Positions 27,178 through 37,210 of a stretch of 64,000 nucleotides of DNA are shown here, piece after piece. Within the stretch, counting starts at the first letter, position 1. Each line of letters begins with the position of its first letter. Made by a program: the position numbers and the translations under genes. Where the stretch lies: NCBI GenBank assembly GCA_035517775.1, contig DATIYF010000017.1, forward strand, positions 14,743-78,742, read 5' to 3'. A model generated the notes under the pieces. That model saw only the letters and a list, made by a program, of their open reading frames with translations, was not told where the DNA came from and did no database searches. This DNA is from Terriglobales bacterium. Lineage in GTDB: Bacteria > Acidobacteriota > Terriglobia > Terriglobales > Acidobacteriaceae.

Positions 27178-27804
27178 TTACCTCGCATCGCCTGCGGCCA
27201 GGCAGGTTCCCAGCCCCACGAGCACTAAACCAGTCGCCGCCCGCTGGCGCTTGCGCAGTTTTGCAGAGGCCCGCAGGCGCGCCCCGATAGGCGCCGCCAA
27301 GAGCGTGACGGCGAGGTCACACGAGGTGTTCAAGGCGACCGAGATCGAGCCCAGCACCAGAAACTGCGCCAGCACGCTCCCCTGGCCGCGGCTGACGAAT
27401 TGCGGAATGAACGCCAGAAAAAACAGTGCGGTCTTGGGATTCAGCGCTTCGGTCGCAATCCCTTGCCAGAAGGCGTGTGTGCGGGCAGGCAGGGCAATGG
27501 GTAGCTCGCCTTCCTCTCCCGCCTTTACGATCATGCGCACCCCGAGGTAGATCAAATACGCCGCTCCGGCATACTTGACCACCGCAAACGCCGCGGCCGA
27601 AGTGGCCAACAAAAGCGAGAGGCCGGTGGCTGCGGCGGCCACATGTACCAGCCCGCCAAAGAAGGTTCCCAGCGAGGAGAGAACGCCCTCCCGTCTTCCC
27701 CCGGCGAGGGTACGCGCCAGAACGTAGAGCATGCCGGGTCCCGGCGCAATGGCCAGCAGGGAAGCGGCCCCGAGAAAGAGCAGAAACCGATGCGCATCAA
27801 GCAT
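27178..27804 (-). CDS. LysE/RhtB family amino-acid exporter
   Basis: 208-aa six-helix membrane protein. The N-terminus FLLFLGAASLLAIAPGPGMLYV is typical of the LysE family. Confidence 0.85.
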   Translation of the reverse strand: MLDAHRFLLFLGAASLLAIAPGPGMLYVLARTLAGGRREGVLSSLGTFFGGLVHVAAAATGLSLLLATSAAAFAVVKYAGAAYLIYLGVRMIVKAGEEGELPIALPARTHAFWQGIATEALNPKTALFFLAFIPQFVSRGQGSVLAQFLVLGSISVALNTSCDLAVTLLAAPIGARLRASAKLRKRQRAATGLVLVGLGTCLAAGDAR

Positions 27805-27842
27805 AGAACGATTTTACACATGCCCGGGACCCGCAAGCCGGC

Positions 27843-28550
27843 GTGTATGATGAGAAGAAATCCATGGCAGCCGATTTGCCGCGCATTCGCGCAGTCATTT
27901 TCGATTACGGCAACGTTCTGTGCTTTCCACAAAGCGAGGCCGATGCGCGCCGTATGGCCGAAATCTGCGGCATGAGCCTGGCGCGCTTCAGCGAGCTCTA
28001 TTGGCGCTCGCGCCTGGCCTACGATCGCGCCGATCTCGACCGTGAAACCTACTGGGCCGGGGTCGCCCGGGAAGATGGCCGTACCTTCACCCCCGGTCAG
28101 GTGGACCAGCTCGTGGAAATTGACTGCACCGGCTGGGCGCACATCAATCCCGCGTCCATGCAGTGGGTGCAGCAGCTGCGCCGGGCTGGCCTTCAGTTGG
28201 TTCTGCTCTCGAACATGCCTGCCGAGATCAGCCGCTACCTGCTTACTCATCACGAGTGGCCGTCGCTGTTTCATCATCTTGTTTTTTCCTGTGATCTGCG
28301 GCGGGTGAAGCCCGAGCCCGAGAGTTATCAGGTTTGCCTCGAGAAGCTTCAGCTTGCCCCGCATGAAGTGCTGTTCCTGGACGATCGCGAGCAGAACGTT
28401 CAAGGCGCCGCGAAACTCGGCATGCACGCGCTTGTGTTCGACGATTTAAGCCGCGTGCTGGAGAAAGTGGCGCGGCGCTATCATCTACCAGTCCCCGACG
28501 CGGTGGCTTCCTCGGCCATGCCCGCCGAGCCGCTGCTGGATGAACCGTGA
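27843..28550 (+). CDS. HAD-superfamily hydrolase (subfamily IA)
   Basis: Motif I VIFDYGNVL, LLSNM, and the late acidic motif FLDDREQNVQGA. Confidence 0.8.
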   Translation: MYDEKKSMAADLPRIRAVIFDYGNVLCFPQSEADARRMAEICGMSLARFSELYWRSRLAYDRADLDRETYWAGVAREDGRTFTPGQVDQLVEIDCTGWAHINPASMQWVQQLRRAGLQLVLLSNMPAEISRYLLTHHEWPSLFHHLVFSCDLRRVKPEPESYQVCLEKLQLAPHEVLFLDDREQNVQGAAKLGMHALVFDDLSRVLEKVARRYHLPVPDAVASSAMPAEPLLDEP

Positions 28551-29389
28551 ACCGCCGCCAGCGCGCTCCTGGTCAATCAAGACCGGCGCGCCGCGCCGGC
28601 CTGGCGCGCGCCCTCTCCAAGCTGGGCTACTGTTCCCGCTCGCAGGCGCGCGATCTGATTCTGGCCGGCAGAGTCCGCGTCAATCGGGCCGTACGCCGCG
28701 ATCCTGAGTCGCCGGTGCATACCGCCGATCACATTGAAGTGGACCGGCGCCCACTTGCCCCGGAACCAAAGATCTACCTCATGCTTAACAAGCCTCGCGG
28801 CCTGGTGACCACCGCGTCCGACGAGCAGGGGCGCGAGACCGTATATTCCTGCCTGCCGCCGGGTTCGCCCTGGATAGCGCCGGTCGGCCGGCTGGATAAA
28901 GCCAGCGAAGGCCTGCTGCTTCTCACCAACGACTCCGGCTGGTCTGCCCGCGTGCTTGCTCCAGAGACGCATCTCGAAAAGACCTATCACGTGCAGATTG
29001 CCGCCCAGCCGGGCGAGGCCTTGATGCGGGCGCTGGTGGAAGGAGTTCAAACTCCGCAGGGCGATTTTCTTCGCGCGAAGACGGCCCGCATTCTGCGCTG
29101 TGGCAAACGCAATGCCTGGCTCGAGCTGGTTTTGGAGGAAGGCAGGAACCGTCACATCCGCCGCATAATGGAGAGTCTTGGAGTGGAAGTGCTGCGCCTG
29201 CTTCGGGTTTCGATCGGGCCGCTGGTATTGGGGAATCTTGCTAAAGGGGCCGTGCGTGCATTAACGCCGGCAGAGAAATCTGCGCTTGACGGCGCGATGT
29301 CCCAAGCCGAGGAACGCCGCCCTCTGCTACCGAATCTACGAAGCGGAAACCTCGGCCCCCGGCTGCATGAAGCTCGCCTTGGCGAGTGA
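28547..29389 (+). CDS. pseudouridine synthase, RsuA/RluB family, with N-terminal S4 domain
   Basis: S4-like LARALSKLGYCSRSQARDLILAGRVRVN. Catalytic GRLDKASEGLLLLTND. 4-nt overlap with the upstream HAD gene. Confidence 0.85.
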   Translation: MNRRQRAPGQSRPARRAGLARALSKLGYCSRSQARDLILAGRVRVNRAVRRDPESPVHTADHIEVDRRPLAPEPKIYLMLNKPRGLVTTASDEQGRETVYSCLPPGSPWIAPVGRLDKASEGLLLLTNDSGWSARVLAPETHLEKTYHVQIAAQPGEALMRALVEGVQTPQGDFLRAKTARILRCGKRNAWLELVLEEGRNRHIRRIMESLGVEVLRLLRVSIGPLVLGNLAKGAVRALTPAEKSALDGAMSQAEERRPLLPNLRSGNLGPRLHEARLGE

Positions 29390-29920
29390 TTCGGCCGCCA
29401 GTTCCAGGTGCCGCAAGTCTTCCAGCGAGAACTCCGAACCGGAAGACGAAAGGTCAAGCCCTTTGCGGCAGACCTGAATGACGCCCAGCACGCTGCCTTG
29501 AGCGTCGAGCACCGGCGCCGACATCAGGCGCTGGATGGGCGGCTGCTCCCACTTGGCGTTTTCCTCGGGATTGCCCAGCTTCACGCTTTCAAACACGCTG
29601 GCGTGCTTCACCTTGAGGAAGCTGTTATAAAGCTCAACCTTCTTGGCGGACGCCGTGTGCGCGGCGATCGCCGAAGAGCTGGAAAGCGGAATCGCCCCCG
29701 CGGTGGCGAGTTCGGCCGGAAACAGGAAGCGCAGCAGTCCATTCTCCAGGCGCAACAAGGCCACCTCGGTCTGCCGCACGCGGAAGAGCCGCGAAAGTTC
29801 AATGCACACCGTGACCGCGCTGGTCTCGGTTTTCACCACACGCTCCAGTTCCTTCCAGTCTGGAGCGGGCGCGGCCGCCTCGCCGGCGGCCCCATCGGAA
29901 GCTGATTTCCATACACTCAT
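29336..29920 (-). CDS. GAF-domain protein
   Basis: 194-aa ORF. The pattern ...VALLRLENGLLRFLFPAELATAGAIPLSS...MSAPVLDAQGSVLGVIQVCRKG resembles a GAF fold. Its 3' end overlaps the convergent pseudouridine synthase ORF by 54 nt. Confidence 0.65.
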   Translation of the reverse strand: MSVWKSASDGAAGEAAAPAPDWKELERVVKTETSAVTVCIELSRLFRVRQTEVALLRLENGLLRFLFPAELATAGAIPLSSSSAIAAHTASAKKVELYNSFLKVKHASVFESVKLGNPEENAKWEQPPIQRLMSAPVLDAQGSVLGVIQVCRKGLDLSSSGSEFSLEDLRHLELAAESLAKASFMQPGAEVSAS

Positions 29921-29945
29921 CTTGGCTCTCTCTGTGGTCTCGAGG

Positions 29946-30338
29946 TCAGCTCGGGTTCTTCAAGGCGGAAAGAATGCTCCTGATCATCTGCAGCAGGTTG
30001 GCCGCTCCCGCTTCCACTCCCAGCTGCGACTTCTCCAGATAACCGGCGGCGCCGCTCTCCTTGAGCTTCGCCTCATTGCTCTGCGGCAGACTGCTCATCA
30101 CGATGACCGGAATCCCGGCGGTGCGCGGGTCCTGCTTCAGCGCCTGCAACAGCTGCAGGCCGGAGATTTTCGGCAGCATCATGTCCAGAACAATCACGCT
30201 GGGAGTCTTGCTTTGCGCCACTCGCAGGCCTTCTTCTCCATCGGCAGCAGAAAAAACTGTATATCCAAACCGCGCAATGGCCATCTCCGTCGCGCGGCGG
30301 ACGAACTTGCTGTCGTCAATGAGAAGCACGGTGCTCAT
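29946..30338 (-). CDS. single-domain response regulator (CheY-like receiver)
   Basis: VLLIDDS, phospho-acceptor context VIVLDMMLPK, conserved VIVMSS. 130 aa with no output domain. Confidence 0.9.
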   Translation of the reverse strand: MSTVLLIDDSKFVRRATEMAIARFGYTVFSAADGEEGLRVAQSKTPSVIVLDMMLPKISGLQLLQALKQDPRTAGIPVIVMSSLPQSNEAKLKESGAAGYLEKSQLGVEAGAANLLQMIRSILSALKNPS

Positions 30339-30478
30339 GGGAATGCTTGAAGTGCTTGCGAGCGAGTGGGGGCCGACGGACGCTGGCTTCTATGCTGGGC
30401 CTGAGGCAGAATGGCATCAAGTTACCAAGGGCGGCGAACCTCCGGGAAGCAAAACTCCGCCCTTGGCGAGGATGGGGC

Positions 30479-30856
30479 TCAGTCGCGGGTGAGGGGAAAA
30501 TTCTTCTCGCGCCAGCCGCGAATGCCGCCATCCATGGAGAGTACGTTGCGATAGCCCATTTTCTGCAGATTGTCGGCCGCCAGGGCTGAGCGGAAGCCGC
30601 CGCCGCAGTACAGCACCAGCGGCGTATCCAGGTTGGGCACGCGGGTTTCGATGTCGCGCTCGATGATCCCCTTGCCCAGGTGAATGGCCCCCGGCAGGTG
30701 ATCAGCGGCATATTCGCTTTCTTCGCGCACATCCACCAGGGTGAATTTATCTTTGCGGTCGAGCCTGTCCTTCACTTCATCGACGTTGGTCTCGCGAATT
30801 CGCTGCTTCGCATCCTCAACAATCTGCAAAAACCGCGGGGAGTGCTGATGCGCCAA
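30479..30856 (-). CDS. rhodanese-like sulfurtransferase domain protein
   Basis: Active-site loop LYCGGGFRS (CxxxxR[ST]). Single rhodanese domain, 125 aa. Confidence 0.85.
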   Translation of the reverse strand: MAHQHSPRFLQIVEDAKQRIRETNVDEVKDRLDRKDKFTLVDVREESEYAADHLPGAIHLGKGIIERDIETRVPNLDTPLVLYCGGGFRSALAADNLQKMGYRNVLSMDGGIRGWREKNFPLTRD

Positions 30857-30974
30857 GGTCCCTCCTTTGGACGTCGAGCGCTGTGTACAAAGCTGCAGCG
30901 CCAGACGAATATAGCCTACCGCAACTGGAGATGACCGTTGCGTGCTAGACTCGGTCTCTCCGCTCTGCGATCAC

Positions 30975-32387
30975 ATGTCTGATCTTCATTTCCTCTCCGC
31001 AGTCGCCATGGCGGAGAAAATTCGCCTCAGGCAGCTCTCTCCCGTTGAACTCATCGAGGCCCATCTGGCTCGAATCGAGCAACTCAATTCCAGGCTCAAC
31101 GCCTACGTGCATGTAGATGCAGAGGGCGGCCGCCGCCAGGCGCTTGCCGCTCAGGAAGCAGTCGCGCGAGCGGCGAATCTGGGCCCCTTGCACGGCGTTC
31201 CGCTGAGCATCAAAGCTTCGATTGACGTGGCCGGCCTGCGCTGCGAAACCGGCACGCGCCTGCGCGCGGGTAATGTCGCGGCGCAAGATGCGCCGCTGGT
31301 TTCGCGCCTGCGGCAGGCGGGCGCTATCATCCTTGGCGTCACCAACACTCCCGAAATGCTGATGGCCTGGGAGACCGACAATCTTCTCTACGGCCGGAGC
31401 AACAATCCCTGGGATCTCGCGCGCACTCCGGGCGGCTCCAGCGGCGGCGAATCGGCGGCCATCGCTTCCGGCTGTTCGGCCGGAGGAGTCGGCAGCGATG
31501 GCGGTGGCTCCATTCGCGTTCCTGCGCACTTCACCGGCATCTGCGGTCTCAAGCCGACTCCGGGCCGCATTCCCGCAACCGGGCACTTTCCGCCCTGCGC
31601 CGGCGCTTTCGCCGGGATTGGCGTGGTCGGGCCCATGGCGCGCACCGTTGCCGACCTGAAGGCTCTCTTCGCGGCGATGCAAGGCCCGGATGATGGCGAT
31701 CCTTCCGCCGCGCCCCTGCCCCTGCGCTGGCCTTCCCAGAGCGAAATAAGAAACATAACGGTCGGATACTTTGAAGACGACGGCCGCACCCCGGTAACCC
31801 CTGAGACCCGCACAGCGGTGCACGCGGCGGCAGAAGCCTTGCGGCACGCCGGCTTCCAGGTCGAACCCTTTCGCCCGGAGACTCTGGAAGAGGCCCGTCA
31901 GCTATGGTGGAAATTCTTCGGCACCGTCGGCGGTATGCTACTGCGTCCCATGTTCCAGGGCCATGAGCCGGAGATGAGCCCGCTTCTCGATCAGTTTCTG
32001 GATTGGACGGCGGCCGAGCCGGCCCACACGGGCGAAAGCCTTCTCGATGCGTGGACCCAGCGCGACTTGCTGCGCATCCAGACTCTGACTCAGATGCGTG
32101 ACCATGCAGTTCTGCTTTGTCCGGTGGCGGCGATTCCCGCCTTCCGCCACGGTGAGCGCAGTTGGGTGATCGAGGGAAAGACCGTGACCTACCTTGACGC
32201 CTGGAGCTATACGGAATGGTTCAACCTGTTGGGGTTTCCGGCAGCCGTCGTGCCCGTTGGGCAATCGACCGAAGGGTTGCCAATCGGAGTGCAGATCGCC
32301 GGCCGCCCCTGGCAGGAAGAGGTTGTGCTCGAAATTGCGGCCGTAATAGAAAAGGAGTGCGGCCCCTGGTGCCGGCCTCCAATCTGA
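30975..32387 (+). CDS. amidase (amidase-signature family)
   Basis: GGSSGGESAAIASG signature and catalytic-Lys context PLSIKASIDVAG. ATG 30975 (MSDLHFLSAVAMAEKIR) is preferred over the GTG 30942 of the ORF track. Confidence 0.88.
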   Translation: MSDLHFLSAVAMAEKIRLRQLSPVELIEAHLARIEQLNSRLNAYVHVDAEGGRRQALAAQEAVARAANLGPLHGVPLSIKASIDVAGLRCETGTRLRAGNVAAQDAPLVSRLRQAGAIILGVTNTPEMLMAWETDNLLYGRSNNPWDLARTPGGSSGGESAAIASGCSAGGVGSDGGGSIRVPAHFTGICGLKPTPGRIPATGHFPPCAGAFAGIGVVGPMARTVADLKALFAAMQGPDDGDPSAAPLPLRWPSQSEIRNITVGYFEDDGRTPVTPETRTAVHAAAEALRHAGFQVEPFRPETLEEARQLWWKFFGTVGGMLLRPMFQGHEPEMSPLLDQFLDWTAAEPAHTGESLLDAWTQRDLLRIQTLTQMRDHAVLLCPVAAIPAFRHGERSWVIEGKTVTYLDAWSYTEWFNLLGFPAAVVPVGQSTEGLPIGVQIAGRPWQEEVVLEIAAVIEKECGPWCRPPI

Positions 32388-32495
32388 TCGCGCTGTGCAC
32401 TGGCGTAGTGTTTTTATACTATTCCGCCAGCCCTGTACTGGCGTTAGCCTTGTAGCCCTCCAGGCGATGGCACTCTGGTTGTCTTCGCTCCGGCC

Positions 32496-35450
32496 GTGGG
32501 GTTCATGAGCGAAATATATAAATCCAAAGGATTTCTTCGCCGGCGCGGGCTGCCCGGGCTGATTGTTTTTCTCTTTCTTTCGGCCATTTATCTGTACGCC
32601 TTCCCGCAGCCCAACCTTATCTATCCAATCGTCGTCTTGTTGCACGTCGCGGCCGGAGTAGTGGCGACGATTCTTCTACTCATTTATCTCGTCAGGCTCT
32701 TGAGGGAATGCGGCCTGCTGGCTCGGCTGGGCTGGCTGCTTTTGCTGGCGGGCGGGATTACCGGCGGCATCCTGATCAAAACCGGCGCCCTGCGGGCCGA
32801 CTGGAACCTTCTGTACGCCCACATCGTCATCTGCCTCGCGGCAGTTGGCTTTTTGTTCGCCGAGTGGGCCGGCCGCCGCGGCTGGCTGGCGCCGGGCCTG
32901 GTCCGAGCCGCTCTCCGAACCGTCCTCTGCATGGTGTTCCTTGCAGGGCTGGGCGCCGGCGCGCAGTATTTCCGCAAGGCGCGCTGGCTGAACAGCGCCA
33001 TCATTCACAATCCACCCGATTCGCCCGCTACCATGGATGGCGAAGGCGATGGCCCCAAAGGCCCCTTCTTCCCCAGTTCCGCCCAGGTCTATGGCGGGCA
33101 GAAAATTCCCAGCCAGTTCTTCATGCAGTCCGATTCCTGCAAGCGCTGCCACCAGGACATTTACAACCAGTGGTTCAGCTCCGCCCACCACTTTTCTTCT
33201 TTCAACAATCAGTGGTACCGCAAGGCGGTGGAGTACATGCAAGCCACCGTGGGCACCCGGCCCTCCAAGTGGTGCGGCGGCTGCCATGACCCGGCAGTGC
33301 TTTACGCCGGCAAAATGGATACTCCCATCAAGTACTTCGTGCACAGCCCCGAGGCGCAAGCCGGTCTGGGCTGCATGATGTGCCACTCGATCGCCCGCGT
33401 GAAGAGCACCATGGGCCAGGCGGATTTCTACCTCGAATATCCCGAGCTGCACGCCCTGGCCGCCAGCAAAAATCCCGTGGTACGCTTCATGCACGATTTT
33501 CTGGTCAAGCTGAATCCTGAGCCGCACCGCCGGGTGTTCCTCAAGCCCTTCATGCGCGATCAGACCGCCCAGTTCTGTGCCAGCTGCCACAAAGTCCATC
33601 TCGATGTGCCGGTGAATCATTACCGCTGGGTCCGGGGCTTCAACGAATACGACAACTGGCAGGCCAGCGGCGTTTCCGGGTTCGGCGCGCGTTCGTTCTA
33701 CTATCCCGCGCATCCCATGCAGTGCGCCGATTGCCATATGCCCCTGGTCCGCTCCAGTGATTTCGGCAACATCAACGGCTTCATTCACTCCCACCGTTTT
33801 CCGGCGGCCAACACCGCCGTTCCCACGGCCAATGAAGACTGGAAGCAACTGAAGGTGGAAGAGGATTTCCTGAAGAATGACATCCTGAGCGTGGATATCT
33901 TCGCGCTCTCTCCCGAGCCCACTCCCCTCAAAGTGAAGGCCAACGCCTACAGCCCCTCGGAACTCTCCACCACGTTCGGTGTAGGCGAAGAATCCGAATC
34001 GAAGATCACTCCCGTAAATGTGGGTGAGATTGCCCCGATCACCGCTCCCCTTGACCGCGTTCAGCCCATCGTGCGCCGTGGGGATAACGTCCGCGTAGAT
34101 GTCGTCGTGCGCACCAAGAAAATCGGACACTTCTTCCCCGGCGGCACGGTGGATGCCTTCGACGTATGGCTTGAACTCAAGGGCACCGACGACAAAGGCC
34201 AGACCGTTTTCTGGAGCGGCGAGGTGGAAGATAACGGCCACGGTCCGGTCGAGCCCGGCGCCCACTTCTACAAATCGCTGCAGGTGGATGCCCACGGCAA
34301 TCCCATCAACAAGCGCAACGCCTGGGCCACGCGCTCGGTCGTGTACGTGCACCTCATCCCGCCCGGCGCGGCCGATACCGTGCACTACCGCATGCACATT
34401 CCGGAAAAAGCCGGCGACAAGATCACCCTTCACGCGCGTCTCTGCTACCGCAAGTTTTCCTGGTGGAACACGCAGTTCGCCTTCGCCGGGGTTCCCGATC
34501 CCAACCAGACTCCGAGGCCGGAAGTCACGCCGAACTTCGACGACAGCAAGTTTGTCTTTACCGGGCCGCTGCAAGGCTTATCTGCCAAGGAGCAGAAAAT
34601 TCCCGATCTTCCCATCGTCGCGTTGGGCGAAGATACGGTTACGTTGAACGTTGCTCCGCAAAATGCTCCGGCGCCGCAGCCCAAGGTGGTGATGACCAAA
34701 GAAGACTGGCATCGCTGGAACGACTACGGCATTGGCCTGCTGCTTCAGGGTGATCTCAAGGCGGCGCAGGCGGCCTTCGTGAAAGCCACGCAAGCCGACC
34801 CCAACAATCCCGATGGCTGGGTGAACATTGGCCGGGCCATGGTGCAGGAAGGCGATATGGAGCACGCCCGCGCCGCCCTGCAAAGAGCCTTAGCTCTGAG
34901 CCCCAATCTCGCCCGCGCCCATTATTTCTATTCGCGGGTTCTGCTCAGCGAGGGCCGCTATGACCAGACGGCCGCCGAGTTGCGCACGGTGCTGGCGCAA
35001 TATCCTTATGACCGCGTGGTCCTGAACGACCTGGGCCACGTTCTGTTCTTGCAGCGCAAGTACGCCGAGGCCGTGCAGACCCTGAACCGCGTACTGGCCA
35101 TTGATCCCGAAGACCTGGAGGCGCATTACAACCTGATGCTCTGCTACAAGGGGCTGGGCGATGAGAAGGACTCTCAGGCTCACGAAGTCCGCTATTTACG
35201 CTTCAAGGCCAACGAAGCAGCGCAGGCGATCACCGGTCCTTATCGCCAGACCCATCCCTTCGATAACAACGAGCGGCAGGCCATTCATGAGCACCTTTCC
35301 GTGCCGTTGCCGATTCTTGCCTCCGCCTATACCGAGCAGATGGAAAAACCTGCGCCCATGCCCTCGTATTCACGTACCACCCACGCGCCTCATAAGCGCC
35401 GCAATCCGGCATACTCGAAGATCATCCTGCCTTCCGGGGCCTCCAGGTAA
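32496..35450 (+). CDS. membrane-anchored pentaheme c-type cytochrome with C-terminal TPR domain
   Basis: About 5 N-terminal TM helices. Five CxxCH motifs (CKRCH, CGGCH, CMMCH, CASCH, CADCH). C-terminal TPR repeats (AHYFYSRVLLSEGRYDQTAAELRTVLAQYP..., AHYNLMLCYKGLGD). Confidence 0.85.
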   Translation: MGFMSEIYKSKGFLRRRGLPGLIVFLFLSAIYLYAFPQPNLIYPIVVLLHVAAGVVATILLLIYLVRLLRECGLLARLGWLLLLAGGITGGILIKTGALRADWNLLYAHIVICLAAVGFLFAEWAGRRGWLAPGLVRAALRTVLCMVFLAGLGAGAQYFRKARWLNSAIIHNPPDSPATMDGEGDGPKGPFFPSSAQVYGGQKIPSQFFMQSDSCKRCHQDIYNQWFSSAHHFSSFNNQWYRKAVEYMQATVGTRPSKWCGGCHDPAVLYAGKMDTPIKYFVHSPEAQAGLGCMMCHSIARVKSTMGQADFYLEYPELHALAASKNPVVRFMHDFLVKLNPEPHRRVFLKPFMRDQTAQFCASCHKVHLDVPVNHYRWVRGFNEYDNWQASGVSGFGARSFYYPAHPMQCADCHMPLVRSSDFGNINGFIHSHRFPAANTAVPTANEDWKQLKVEEDFLKNDILSVDIFALSPEPTPLKVKANAYSPSELSTTFGVGEESESKITPVNVGEIAPITAPLDRVQPIVRRGDNVRVDVVVRTKKIGHFFPGGTVDAFDVWLELKGTDDKGQTVFWSGEVEDNGHGPVEPGAHFYKSLQVDAHGNPINKRNAWATRSVVYVHLIPPGAADTVHYRMHIPEKAGDKITLHARLCYRKFSWWNTQFAFAGVPDPNQTPRPEVTPNFDDSKFVFTGPLQGLSAKEQKIPDLPIVALGEDTVTLNVAPQNAPAPQPKVVMTKEDWHRWNDYGIGLLLQGDLKAAQAAFVKATQADPNNPDGWVNIGRAMVQEGDMEHARAALQRALALSPNLARAHYFYSRVLLSEGRYDQTAAELRTVLAQYPYDRVVLNDLGHVLFLQRKYAEAVQTLNRVLAIDPEDLEAHYNLMLCYKGLGDEKDSQAHEVRYLRFKANEAAQAITGPYRQTHPFDNNERQAIHEHLSVPLPILASAYTEQMEKPAPMPSYSRTTHAPHKRRNPAYSKIILPSGASR

Positions 35451-37141
35451 TGCGCAAAACCGCACTCTGCTTTCTAGCCCTGCTGCTCGCGGCGCCGCTT
35501 GCTTTCGCGGGTGAAATCCAGTTTCGCGAGATCACCACTCAGGCCGGCATTCACTATCGCCACAACACTGGCGCCTTCGGCAAAAAGTATCTCCCCGAAA
35601 CCATGGGCCCGGGCTGCGCTTTCATTGACTACGACAATGATGGCTGGCCCGACATTCTGATGGTCAACGGCGAGAATTGGCCCGGCCATCCCGGCCCCCT
35701 CACCACGCTCAAGCTCTACCACAACAACCACGACGGCACCTTTACCGACGTCACTGCCAAAGCCGGCCTTGCGGTTCCGATGTTCGGTCTCGGCGTGGCC
35801 ATAGGCGATTACGATAACGACGGCTTCGACGATATTTTCGTCACCGCCGTCGGCCAGAGCCATCTCTTTCACAACAACGGCAATGGCACATTTACCGACG
35901 TCACCAAAGCCGCCGGACTGTGGGGGCCGAACGAATTTTCCACCAGCGCCGCCTGGCTGGATTACGACCGCGATGGCAAGCTTGACCTCATCGTCGCCAA
36001 CTACGTGCAGTGGTCCATGAAGGGAGATCTCTTCTGCACTCTCGACGGCACGCACAAATCCTATTGCACTCCTGAATCCTACAAAGGCACGTCGGTGCGC
36101 CTGTGGCACAACCTGGGTGGGGGAAAATTTGAAGACGTCACCGCCAAAGCCGGACTCTACGACCCTACCTCCAAAAGCCTGGGCATCACCATTCTCGATT
36201 ACAACAATGACGGCTGGCCCGATATTTTCATCGCCAATGACACCCAGCCCAACAAGCTCTACGTAAACGAAAAAGACGGCGCTTTCGAGGAAACCGCGGT
36301 CTCGGCCGGGGTCGGCTTCAGTGAAGATGGCGTGGCCCGGGCCGGCATGGGGGTGGATGCGGCCGACTACGACCGCTCCGGCCACCCCAGCCTTATCATT
36401 ACCAACTTCGCCAACCAGATGCTCTCGCTCTACCACAACGAAGGCAACGGGTTGTTCGTGGATGAAGCTCCGCAGTCGGAAGTGGGCCGCGCTACGCTGG
36501 TCACCCTGGGCTTCGGCTGCTTTTTCTTCGATTACGATAACGACGGCTGGCCCGATATTTTCGTCGCCGACGGACACATCGAAAACCAGATTGAAGAAGT
36601 GCAGAAGCGGGTGAAATACGCCGAGCCGCCGCATGTGTTTCGTAATCTCGGCGGCGGCAAGTTCGCCGAGGTCACCGATTCGCTGGGGGCGGCTTTCGCC
36701 TCTCCGAAAGTGGCGCGGGGCGCCGCTTACGCCGATATTGACAATGACGGTTTTCTCGATATTCTGCTCACCACCAACGGCGGCCCGGCGCATCTCTTCC
36801 ACAGCGAAGGCGGAACCGATCGCAGCCTGCGCATCAAGCTGGCGGGCACGAAATCGAATCGGGATGGCATTGACTCCCTGGTGCACGTGGTGGCCGGCAA
36901 AGATGGCGAGTCGAAGATGCTGCGCAGCGGCTCCAGTTATCTCTCCCAAAATGAGCTGGTGTTGACCTTCGGCCTGGGCACGCACGCCAAGGCCGACAGC
37001 GTGGAGGTTTACTGGTCGAGCGGCCACGTGGATAAACTTTCCAATGTTGATGCCGGCCAAACCGTCACCATCGAGGAAGGGAAGGGCATCGTTTCTTTGC
37101 GGCCCTACAGCACGCCCTGGTCATTTGCCGATAAGAAATAG
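35450..37141 (+). CDS. secreted FG-GAP/VCBS-repeat beta-propeller protein with UnbV/ASPIC C-terminal domain (CRTAC1-like)
   Basis: Signal peptide ALLLAAPLAFAGE. Seven DYDNDGWPDI-type repeats. ASPIC-like LRIKLAGTKSNRDGIDSLVHV...SGSSYLSQNELVLTFGLG. The start overlaps the upstream stop (TAATG). Confidence 0.88.
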   Translation: MRKTALCFLALLLAAPLAFAGEIQFREITTQAGIHYRHNTGAFGKKYLPETMGPGCAFIDYDNDGWPDILMVNGENWPGHPGPLTTLKLYHNNHDGTFTDVTAKAGLAVPMFGLGVAIGDYDNDGFDDIFVTAVGQSHLFHNNGNGTFTDVTKAAGLWGPNEFSTSAAWLDYDRDGKLDLIVANYVQWSMKGDLFCTLDGTHKSYCTPESYKGTSVRLWHNLGGGKFEDVTAKAGLYDPTSKSLGITILDYNNDGWPDIFIANDTQPNKLYVNEKDGAFEETAVSAGVGFSEDGVARAGMGVDAADYDRSGHPSLIITNFANQMLSLYHNEGNGLFVDEAPQSEVGRATLVTLGFGCFFFDYDNDGWPDIFVADGHIENQIEEVQKRVKYAEPPHVFRNLGGGKFAEVTDSLGAAFASPKVARGAAYADIDNDGFLDILLTTNGGPAHLFHSEGGTDRSLRIKLAGTKSNRDGIDSLVHVVAGKDGESKMLRSGSSYLSQNELVLTFGLGTHAKADSVEVYWSSGHVDKLSNVDAGQTVTIEEGKGIVSLRPYSTPWSFADKK

Positions 37142-37167
37142 CCCGCGGGCGGTATGGCGCAGAAAAG

Positions 37168-37196
37168 CTCTGTGCCCTCCGCGCCCTCTGTGGTTA
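37168..37196 (-). repeat. copy of dispersed AACCAC-(CRRAGG)n intergenic repeat
   Basis: The reverse complement reads aaccacagagggcgcggagggcacagag. It lies between the stop at 37141 and the likely true start at 37211 of the next gene. Confidence 0.6.
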
Positions 37197-37210
37197 AATT
37201 CCTTCTGCCA

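Noticed and set aside
37154-37210. ORF-track N-terminal extensions at 37154, 54403, 57283, 21096, 30942, 59889 and 20086
   Set aside because: They start at GTG/TTG or run through intergenic repeats or hairpins. Downstream ATG or SD-supported starts yield canonical N-termini (signal peptide or family-typical start).
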